A stretch of 64,000 nucleotides of DNA, from positions 160,001-224,000 of the forward strand of contig CBDHDF010000010.1 in the NCBI GenBank assembly GCA_965261545.1. Direction: 5' to 3'. Position numbers and translations under genes: made by a program. Below, piece by piece: positions 31,391 to 40,789 of the stretch (position 1 is the first letter of the stretch; every line of letters starts with the position of its first letter). The notes beneath the pieces were generated by a model, which saw only the letters and a program-made list of their open reading frames with translations, was not told where the DNA came from and made no database searches. The stretch comes from Bdellovibrionales bacterium (lineage in GTDB: Bacteria > Bdellovibrionota > Bdellovibrionia > Bdellovibrionales > UBA1609).

Positions 31391-32591
31391 TTACATGAAA
31401 TCATACTTTTTTAACGCTCTAATCCACCTTGGTGCATTTTTTTTCACCATGAGCTTTTCATAGTCAATTCCAGGGTCTTTGTAGGGGGTGTCATTACTTA
31501 TGACTGAATAAACAACTCCCATCATTTTGTGACCAACGGCAATCACTGATCTCTTGTGCCCACGCCTTATAACAAGTGATTGGTATTTGCCTTTGAATTG
31601 TGAATTCGTCTTAATAGCACTATTGGCCATCTCACATACCAACGATTTCACATATGTGTTCGCTTTCCTCGTTCGTGAAGACTTTTTTTCCTGCGCTCTC
31701 ATTATTGGATGGGCAAATCCCCATCCAGGAGCAAAAATTTCCTTTATTTTTAAAAGACTTCACATTGCCTCCTATTTCTGCAATCAAAAGCGCTGCACTT
31801 AATTCGTCAATTCCAGGTATAGTCTGGAGTAGATGCCACTGCCTTTCATAGGGTTTCATACGAATGAAAAGTTCTTCTTCAATTTGAGAGCATTCTTTTT
31901 TCAAAAAATCTATTCGATCAAGAATGCGTTGAAGAACAAAACGATTTTCTTCCGTCATCTTTCCCGACAGGGCGTAAGAAAATTCTTCGGTCTTTTGACG
32001 TAAAGACCCTCTGGCAAGAGACATCAATTTAGAAACTGATCTCTCTCCATTAGCTATGGCACGAATCATGGCCATACCAGATACGCAGTCAGCTTTAGAC
32101 ATTGCATAGGTTAAACGAATGCCTGAATATTCAAGAACCTTATACATACGATTTTGTTCCGAAGATATTTGGCGGATCGTTTTTGTACGATAACGAGCCA
32201 AAAGTCTAATAGAACGAATCTCACGTGGAGGAATGAAGCTAGCTCTTAGAAGACCACAAGCACCAAGCTCTGCAATCCACTGGCTATCCAACACGTCAGT
32301 TTTTTTACCAGTAATATTTTTGACATGAAAGGCATTGATAACATCTACTTCATAACCTTTTTCTGTCAAATCATCGTATAAAGAATTCCAATAAATCCCT
32401 GTGCTCTCAAAAAGAACTCTCTCAACCTTATGTGGCTTCATCCAAGAGCGCATTCTAGGAAAATTTTTTGGAAAATTCTTGAACTCTTTTGTGAAAAACT
32501 TCTTCTTACCGTCTTCCACTTTGACAATCGTACACATCAACATATGTTGATGAACATCTATTCCACAAACAGAACTATAAATAATATCCAC
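31391..32591 (-). pseudogene. IS110-family DEDD recombinase, frameshifted in an A-run near 31685
   Basis: GIDVH, ESTG.YW, KTD..D, L.TIPGI and ESAGK motifs. C-terminus continues in 31391-31702. Confidence 0.9.
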
Positions 32592-32619
32592 ATGACTCCT
32601 CCTTTCTGTTAGAAAAAAA

Positions 32620-32806
32620 GAAGGTGATAAAACTAGAGCCTTGGGATTTTGCCATAAATTCTAAAGCGAAAATAGGTCAACTTACTATACGTCCATACAC
32701 TCAGAGTGCAGGTACATGCGTGGGTTCGATCCAAAGCTCAAGACCATGTTACTTCACGGAATTAAAATTACCAATCTATTCAACGGCCACTCATCTTATC
32801 ACCTTC
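32620..32806 (-). ncRNA. Candidate IS110 bridge RNA
   Basis: Non-coding left end closed by an 11-bp stem (GAAGGTGATAA/TTATCACCTTC) with an inner stem (GAGCCTTGGGAT/ATCCAAAGCTC). Confidence 0.6.
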
Positions 32807-33092
32807 CAATAATGTTATTGCTTTATCCTTTATTGTATCGGAATCATACATGACAAAAATACCATCAAAAGTCCAGAGTAACTAAAAGAGGCCAATTATA
32901 TAGACCAGCGAAGCTGTCCACCGAGTTGCTTCGTGCAAAGAAGTGGGGGCCTAGATAAGATTCATGGGCGTGGGTGGGGAAGCAAGGCGCCCCCATGAAT
33001 GTTACAATTTTACTTCAATATAGCAGCAATTTGCTATTCTTTTTTAAGGGTCTCTGAGGGGGCACTTCTCTGTTTTATTGCTAGGAGTCGAT

Positions 33093-33686
33093 TCATACAA
33101 CGATAGACTCCCAATATTTTTCGAGAATTTTGCTCATCTTGAGATTGTCAGCCATCCGACCTAGTTGAGCTAGCGTCGTTAAGTTTTCTTCCAGAGCCAA
33201 CCTTGTTGCTTGGATAGCTATTCTTGGCCCAATTTTAGAAGAAAATTTTAAAGATTCAATCAATGTGCGTTCAATATTTGTGATTCTAAAATATTTCTTT
33301 TCATGAATGCCATAACTAAGTGTTGTGGTTGTCCTCAGACATTTGAACTGTCCCATAGAAGTTTGATCTTTCCTGGACGGTGGGATAATAACCCATATCT
33401 GTTGGGGAGCTTGGTCGATGAGCCCATAGTAAAACAGAGCGGAAAGACCTCCGATAACTGCTTGAGCTCCAAAGTGTGTACAAGTTATGGCAAAGTCCAA
33501 TTCTTCCGGTTTTATGGAAGATTTTGGGTGCATATAAAGTCCCCTGGATACTCGCTTGATAGAGCCATTGGAGACCCAACGGGACAAGGTAGCCCATGAA
33601 ATATTAGCCACCTTCTGAGCTTCTTTTGAGCAGAAGATTCCCAGTGGTTTTAGTTTGTTATATCGTTGAGAATCGACCTTCTTCAC
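33093..33686 (-). CDS. AbiEi-like type IV TA antitoxin / wHTH regulator, no AbiEii partner
   Basis: G.IKRVSRGLY wHTH, LSAL.YYGL..Q.P and TNIERTLIE motifs. Confidence 0.85.
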   Translation of the reverse strand: MKKVDSQRYNKLKPLGIFCSKEAQKVANISWATLSRWVSNGSIKRVSRGLYMHPKSSIKPEELDFAITCTHFGAQAVIGGLSALFYYGLIDQAPQQIWVIIPPSRKDQTSMGQFKCLRTTTTLSYGIHEKKYFRITNIERTLIESLKFSSKIGPRIAIQATRLALEENLTTLAQLGRMADNLKMSKILEKYWESIVV

Positions 33687-34013
33687 ACTGTCATCTTTGG
33701 ATAAAGAAAGACAAAAGTCAATGAAAATGTCTTATTTTGTTCATGGCTAGAGAGCCCGGGACAGAAGATTTCAGATAGTATCCAATTACTAGGGAGCCGG
33801 ATGTGCACTGTTCACCCAAAAGGCAAAAAATGAGGGATGACTATGGCACATAAAATCTGTAGGAAAGGGCGTGGTAAGGAGTGTCATATCAATACAATTC
33901 TAAATTACCGCAGGTGTAAAAGTGGTTTGATTCCCTTGCATGACGCAGATTTCCAAAATAACTCAACGACTATCTCAACTCTAATATATGACACAAGCAA
34001 AGTAGTTCTTAAG

Positions 34014-34241
34014 CTATTTTTCTAAAAGTTTATTACTGAAAGAGGACTTGGCCCAATCTGGAAGATCTAATTTGATAGAGTCAAAATGTCGATCTTGATT
34101 TTCCATAACTGTAAAGAAGTTTGCCTCTGCCTGGCTCTCACCTTTTCTTGCTTTGTTTTTTTGAATTTTTCTACACATTTCTTTGAACAATTTAAAGCTC
34201 TTTTCTTCTTTTTCTTTTATTTCATTTACACTTAGACTCAC
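34014..34241 (-). CDS. Small protein with LPDWAK motif downstream of the second deaminase
   Basis: GGAGG RBS, GTG start, 27 bp after the deaminase stop. Confidence 0.6.
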   Translation of the reverse strand: MSLSVNEIKEKEEKSFKLFKEMCRKIQKNKARKGESQAEANFFTVMENQDRHFDSIKLDLPDWAKSSFSNKLLEK

Positions 34242-34268
34242 ATTACACCTCCCAGTAAGCCTTTACGA

Positions 34269-35158
34269 TCATTTAGTATTCTCAAAAATTTCCTGCCGAG
34301 ATTCAACAAATTTAATCGACTTTATTCTGAGTTTTTCCCTTGGTTCAGCCTGTGCCTTCTTGGCTTCAAAGTCGATCTTAAAACCTTTGTGGTGCCTCGT
34401 TATCTCGCGCCCGGAACTCAATGTCAATGAGAATAAATCAAAGAACCTCCTAGGACCAACACCAATAAATGGCTCAAAAAATAATCTATTTTTTTCATTT
34501 TTATTTTTTGTGATGGAATCATCATGTAACTCATCTGCTAGGCTCTTAGGGTAAGGCTCAATATAGACAACTCTTGAGATACCTGCTGCAACTATGTGTT
34601 TAGCACAATTGTGACAAGGATAGGTTGTACTAAATAATGAAGCACCTCTTAATCTAATTCCTAAGCGACTGGCTGACAAGAGGGCTGCCATTTCAGCATG
34701 AACAGCTCTTCCATATTCTGTTATATCTTTAAGTTCGCTATTTTTAATCTCATTCATTATAATATCTATTAAATTATTCTCTGTACTTTCGGATTTCTCA
34801 TATTTATCTGAAAAGGTTTGAAACGTATCGTTAGAGGTAATCTTTTTAGAAATATTATTCAAGATTTTTTCCATTTGATGCTTGTTTGATTCATACATTT
34901 ATAATGTAATCTCTTTGGTCTCCATTCTGACCTGAGTCATCGGACCAATATTGTCCTCCCCCAAATTTGGGCACATCGTTTGCCCCCTGGCTAATAATAT
35001 CACCTTCTGATGTCGTAATAACAGAGCCTACTTGACGAGATAAATCTGCAGATCTTAAAGACGCTGCATAAGCTTGAAACATAGCATATTCATCTCTACT
35101 AGGTGTGTGGTAAGGGTGTCCAAATATCAGATCTATAAATCGTGACAATTCTTTTTTG
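34269..35158 (-). pseudogene. Second, divergent anti-phage dCTP deaminase (frameshift near 34895, 5' end removed at IS66)
   Basis: RSADLSRQVG, EYGRAVHAE, PCHNCAKHIV and EPYPKS motifs. Confidence 0.88.
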
Positions 35159-36698
35159 GTAACTGCTCGCACCCCTTCTACACCAGACTTTTAGCCTAAA
35201 GACCATTTTTATACTAAAGTATTGATTCTCAAGCCTCCCCATTTAATAATTCTTTCGTGAATACAAGAAAACAATCCTTACGAAGCGAAATTGAAAACCT
35301 CCAGAAGGAATCTAAGAAGATTCTTTCTGACAAGAGTATCCCACGAGAGACTAAACTATTTATTCAGTCCATGCTGACCATTCTCACAGTTGTAGTGACT
35401 TTATTTTTGGAAAAAAAGACTCGTAAAAACTCCAGCAATAGTGGGCTGCCCCCTTCTCAGAACTCTGGTAGCAATGGGAACCGTAATAAGGAAGGGGCTG
35501 AGGAAGACAGCAAGAAAGGATCAAGGCTCGATAACAGTAAGGACACAGAGAGCAAGGAAACAGTGTCTCCATCAAATTGCTCTAAATGTGGGGCCGATTT
35601 GAAGGAAACTGAGATGAAAGGCTCCGAAGAGCGTAAAAAAATTGATATTCTCTATGAGATAAACACCCACACTGTCACCTCTGAAATCAAAGAGTGCCAT
35701 GAATGTGGTACAGAAAACAAAGGCCCATTCCCAGAGGGCATAGATGGACCGATCCAATATGGTATTGGAATTAGGGCCTCAATTATTAATTTTATTGTCA
35801 TTCAAATGATGTCTCTCCAGCGTGTTGGTGAACACTACAAGGGTCTCGTTGGCCGCTTTATCTCACCCTCAACCATGTGAAGTATATTTCTCAACTGAGC
35901 GAATCTCTTCAAGAGTGGGAACAATGGGCAAAACAACAAATCCTTGAGTCTGTGGTCATTCATGTTGACGAAACCTCCATGAGAGTCAATAAGAAGAACT
36001 ACTGGATTCATACTTATAGCTGTGGTGATCTTACATTGCAGTTCATCCATCCTTCCCGTGGAAAAGATGCCATCAAAGATATTGGCATATTGGACAGGTA
36101 TGGAGGTATCTTGGTACATGACTGTTGGAGTCCCTATTTTTCTTATACAGATATGATTCATGCTCTGTGCGTTGCCCATCTTCTTAGGGAATTGAAATTT
36201 GTGGAGGATAGCTCTGGTTCGAAATGGGCCACCAATCTGAAAAAACTTCTTCAGGAAGCTGTTGAATTGGTCCAAAAAAGAAAATCTAAGATATTGACTC
36301 GAAAGGAGTATCAAACTCTTCAGAGGAGGTATAGGAATATTCTCACAAGGGCTTTAAAGGAGCTTCCTCCCTTTCCAGAGAAGAATGGTAAAAAAGGACG
36401 AGTGAAACATACAGATGCTCAAAATCTTTGGCTCCGCTTTAAAAAATATGAAGCAGAAATCCTTCTCTTTGCCAAAGTGAAAGAGGTGGACCCAACCAAC
36501 AACAGAGCCGAGCGAGACTTGAGAATGAATAAGGTGAAAAAGAAAGTATCAGGTTGCTTCAGGACAGCAAAAATGGCAAAGCACTTTTGTCGGATTACCA
36601 GTTATGTCAAGACTATGAGAAACAAGGGGTTCTCTTCCTTAGAGGCCATCAATATGGCTCTCAAGGGAGAAATTCCTATGTAAGGTGCGAGCAGTTAC
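35159..36698 (+). mobile_element. IS66-family IS, transposase 35257-36683 frameshifted near 35877
   Basis: 15-bp TIR GTAACTGCTCGCACC. HVDET, CVAHLLREL and PTNNRAERDLR motifs. No TSD. Confidence 0.9.
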
Positions 36699-36828
36699 CA
36701 AATTTTAAGCCAAGTGTGAATTTATCCACTTGCCTTTTAATAGCATACACAGACCTATATCTAGGTGTTTTACACTTTGCCCAAGACTTTAGGCCCGAAA
36801 CCTAGCGATAACTGAAGGGGATTTCAGG

Positions 36829-37228
36829 TTATAATCCATCTCGCCATGTAGAAAATATTTTAGCTGATGCGGGTCAGATTGGCCCTCAAACAAAAGCTTT
36901 TTGTCAGTCATTACTCAGGGTGGATGAGAGAGTTGAAAACAGGCAGATGCGTGGGGTGGTGTCCTTGGCTAAAAAGTATCACTCTGATCTTATTGAAAAA
37001 GCAGCCATTCAGGCTGTGAGCAGAGGGATCTTATCTCTTAGGGTCTTTAAAAGGCTTGTTGAGGAACTACAACCCCCTGTGGATGAGAAAAAAATCGAAT
37101 CCCACCTCACCCAAGACCACGACATTATTCGAGCACCATCAGAGTATGCCATCTACTGGAATTTACATGCCAACAACGAAATCCACCACTCACCCTTACA
37201 CCCTCAGCCTAGCACCAACCTTACTTAA
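36829..37228 (+). pseudogene. 3' remnant of an IS21 istA
   Basis: IGP..R...GVVSLAKKY...IEKA..H.IIR...Y C-terminal pattern, directly upstream of istB. Confidence 0.65.
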
Positions 37229-37270
37229 TCCACCCCCCAACCCCTCTTCTAGAGGAAAGGAGCAATCACA

Positions 37271-38040
37271 ATGCCAATGTCACCTACAGAAATACAAGAG
37301 ACTCTCAAAAGCCTTAAGCTTATAGGCATGTTTGAAACATTTGAGGCTCGAAGTTACCAACACACACAGAACCAACAAAACTTCCAAGAGACCTTCTCAT
37401 TGCTCTTACAGGATGAAAAGGATTTCAAGAAAAGCAAAAAATGTGAGAGACTCCTCAAAGCATCCAAGCTCACGGAAGAGTCCACCCTCACCGGTTTTGA
37501 TTGGAATTTTAACCCAAAAATACCCAAGCCAATGATCTTGGAATTAATGAACTTGAAGTTCATCAAGCAGGGGGAGGGAGCCTTGCTTATTGGCTCCCCT
37601 GGAACTGGAAAAAGCCACATTGCAAAAGCTATAGCCACCAAGGTCTGTTCCATATCAAATTACAAGGTTTTGTATCAAGAAGCTCACAAGCTCTTTGAAA
37701 ATCTCTTTGAGGCCAGGCAGCTGGGGCGCAGAAAGAGGTTCTACACCCAACTCATCCATGTGGACCTGTTGATCATTGATGATCTTTTTCTTAGAAAGCG
37801 CATTCCGCCAGAGGCTTGCGATGACTTCCAGGAAATCATTCTAGATCGATACTCAGCGAGAAAAAGCACTCTTATACCTCCAATCGCATTATTGAGGACT
37901 GGGGAAAGTGTTTGGGCGATAATACCGTGGCCTCTGCCATCCTGGATCGCCTTCTCCACTGCAGCCAACTATTAAAATTTGAGGGAAAAAGCTACCGATT
38001 GAAGGAAGCTTCAAACCGACTTGTCAAGATAAAAAATTAA
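37271..38040 (+). pseudogene. istB: IS21 helper ATPase IstB, frameshift near 37878; IS end ..CA at about 38100
   Basis: FDWNFNP, GSPGTGKSH and LLIIDD motifs. AILDRLLH..GKSYR continues in another frame. Confidence 0.9.
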
Positions 38041-38188
38041 AGGTAGGGTGAGCCCATCTTGTCAGATTACCCTAAATGGCCTGGTTTAACCCGCCCATCA
38101 GGGATAGATTGAACTCGATTCGCTTTGAGTGGTTCACCTTTTGAAACCTCCAGCTTTGCTGGAGGGGCATTCACTAATGGAGGCTTAT

Positions 38189-39169
38189 ATGGTAAATGTC
38201 TATGATTCTTTTTTAAATTATAAAGGAAATATTGCTAACCTTTGTCAATTTGAATGCATGAGAAAAGGCAAGGAAGTATTCTTAGTAAATACTAATACTA
38301 ATATGGACGTTAAATCAAAACAAATACAGGCGAAAATGGATGCATATGATCTAAAAAATAAATTAAATTCTTTTCCTTATCGACAAAATGATAAACTTGA
38401 GAAAATTGATATAATTAAGGCCAATCTTATACAGAACTTTCAAACAAATTCAAAGCACTGGAATATATTTATGCCAAAAAGTTTGGATCATATAAAATAT
38501 TTGACTGAGCTTTTTAAAGAAAAAAACTTCTTAAAAGGTCGGCCATGGGGCCCTGAAATGTCTATGGTTTTTAAAGATATGAATTCTAATGATACTACAG
38601 ATACGTCTAAATTAGTTTTTACGAATAAGGTTTATCTTTATGTTGATTTAATATTGAATACAAATACAAAAAATGCTCTTAAAGTTATAGGAGAAGAAAA
38701 AAAATTAACTTTACAAGTGAGAGACAAGAAATATTTTGATAATCTTAAAATAGATGTATTTATTTGTCATGATAGTCGGGATAAGCCTCCATTTGCTAAA
38801 AATTTAGCAAAGGAATTACAAAAAGTAGATCTTAAAGTATGGTATGATGATTTTTCTTTAGAAATCGGTGATGGCCTCATAGAGTCTATTCAAAAAGCTT
38901 TAAGCGACTCAAAAAAATGTATCTTAATAATTTCTCAAAATTTTCTTAATAATAACGGGTGGGTAAAAAAAGAGTTCACTGCTATATCGACTCGTGAAAC
39001 AAAGAAAAAAGAAGAGGTTATTCTTCCAATATGGCATGGGGTTAATGCTAATGAGGTTTATGAATACAGCCCTTTCCTAGCCGACAAATATGCTATTGAT
39101 TCATCAAAAATGAATATTAAAGAGATTGCTAATGAAATTTCAAACCAGATAAAAAAATGTGAGCTCTAA
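38189..39169 (+). CDS. TIR-domain protein (C-terminal TIR, unknown N-terminal domain), probable defence gene
   Basis: DVFICH...DK, VWYD, W...E catalytic Glu, ILPIWH. GGAGG RBS before ATG 38189. Confidence 0.88.
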   Translation: MVNVYDSFLNYKGNIANLCQFECMRKGKEVFLVNTNTNMDVKSKQIQAKMDAYDLKNKLNSFPYRQNDKLEKIDIIKANLIQNFQTNSKHWNIFMPKSLDHIKYLTELFKEKNFLKGRPWGPEMSMVFKDMNSNDTTDTSKLVFTNKVYLYVDLILNTNTKNALKVIGEEKKLTLQVRDKKYFDNLKIDVFICHDSRDKPPFAKNLAKELQKVDLKVWYDDFSLEIGDGLIESIQKALSDSKKCILIISQNFLNNNGWVKKEFTAISTRETKKKEEVILPIWHGVNANEVYEYSPFLADKYAIDSSKMNIKEIANEISNQIKKCEL

Positions 39170-39414
39170 ACCGATATAAAGAGATACTTTTTCAAAATAT
39201 CTGTAAATTGGCTATAAACTTGCCACAAGAGATGTTTCCAAGAAAATAATGCATAGCATTAATAGTGCTCCCTGGAAAAACCTCCCATAGCGGATTACAA
39301 ACCTTTTTACATCCAGTCAGAACTCACAGCGGTTCTACCGGGTCATCAAAGGAGGAATGCTAGAAGACTCCCACAGTGGTGTGCCTATCTCAAGCAGTGA
39401 ACCTATAATCAGAG

Positions 39415-39486
39415 GAGCCTAATGCGTGATTTGCGCGCGTTGGTTTCTGGGAGGGAGAAGGGGGGAAACCTCCTTCCCTACTCGAC
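39415..39486 (+). other. Degenerate group II intron domain V-VI remnant
   Basis: GAGCCTAATGCG..CGCGTTGGTTTC followed by a GAAA-loop hairpin ending CTACTCGAC. Confidence 0.65.
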
Positions 39487-39508
39487 TATATCTCGGACAA
39501 AAGAGGGA

Positions 39509-40789
39509 TTATTTTAATAATTCTTTAGAAATTTTAAAAACAAGTTCAGCATTAACAGCATTACCAAGTGCTTTATAAGATGCGGTTGGTGTTCCAGGTA
39601 GATATTTTAAATTCTCCATACTTTGTAAGCGACTGCATTCACGTGGTGTCATATATCTTTCTTCCCAAGAAATAATAGGAACCTGAGTAGTTGTCATGGC
39701 AACTAAAGAAGGGGCTGTAATAGGCCTTTTTATACGAACCCCAGACGCTCGAAATTGAATAATATAATTTTTGACATCTCTTTCTTCGCCTTTGCAGTTC
39801 CATTCAAACTTTTGAAGGCTTTGGGGATATTTTTTTATTTTTGAGATCCATGGATGAATCCACTTCTTATTTCTTGAATAATATTCTCTGTTCTTATAAA
39901 TAAATTTCTGCTTCCATGGTGGAAATATGTTGTTCACTCCTCGAGCATAAGATGGTATATGTTTTAGTATGTCATGACGGTAGTAATAGCTATTGAGCTT
40001 ATGTCCAAAGGCTCCTTTACAACTCTTGAGTTCCTTCAAAGGAGCTTCATAGAGGGAATCATACCCTTCATATGGATAAGTAGCACCAAACTCCATTGTC
40101 CATATCGGAAATGAGGGGAGTTCCTCATCTTTTGGAGATAAGCTTAGAAATTCCTGCCAGACACTTAAGCACTCTTTGGTTTGGTGATTTAATGGTTGGG
40201 CATTTGGAGGGTTCTTATCTAAAATTGAAATAATATTCGGCTTCTGGATTTTAGATTCATTTGGCCAGAAAAAATGCTTTAAACCATATTGACTTCCCAC
40301 AATAAAAAGCCTTTCTCTTATTTGTGGTATATTAAATTTATGGGGAGACAAAATTTTGGTATCAACACTATACCCCTCCTTCTCAAGTTGTTTTTTCATG
40401 AGTAACCATGTTTTTCCGCCGTTATGCTTTTCTAGATTTGCAACATTTTCCATAATAAAAAAATTTGGTCTATGATACTTAATTATGCGTAAAACATGTT
40501 TTGAGAATAGGTCCCCCCATAACCTGCATTTAGTTCCAAGCTGTTCTCCTGCCTTTGAAAAGGGCTGACACGGAAATCCCGCACACAAAATATCATGAGG
40601 TGGAATATTGTTAGCATGAATCGAACGAATATCTCCACCTGGTCTTAAACCAAAATTCCTCTCATAAATTTCGACAAGCTCCTCATTTACTTCGCTTGAA
40701 AAAACACATTTATGGCCTAACTTTTTTAAGGCTAAGTGGAACCCCCCTAAACCAGAAAATAAATCAATAAATCTCAAAGATTTTGACAT
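39509..40789 (-). CDS. dcm: DNA (cytosine-5) methyltransferase
   Basis: DLFSGLGG, GFPCQ, ENV, PQ.RER and GNAV motifs. Confidence 0.95.
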   Translation of the reverse strand: MSKSLRFIDLFSGLGGFHLALKKLGHKCVFSSEVNEELVEIYERNFGLRPGGDIRSIHANNIPPHDILCAGFPCQPFSKAGEQLGTKCRLWGDLFSKHVLRIIKYHRPNFFIMENVANLEKHNGGKTWLLMKKQLEKEGYSVDTKILSPHKFNIPQIRERLFIVGSQYGLKHFFWPNESKIQKPNIISILDKNPPNAQPLNHQTKECLSVWQEFLSLSPKDEELPSFPIWTMEFGATYPYEGYDSLYEAPLKELKSCKGAFGHKLNSYYYRHDILKHIPSYARGVNNIFPPWKQKFIYKNREYYSRNKKWIHPWISKIKKYPQSLQKFEWNCKGEERDVKNYIIQFRASGVRIKRPITAPSLVAMTTTQVPIISWEERYMTPRECSRLQSMENLKYLPGTPTASYKALGNAVNAELVFKISKELLK

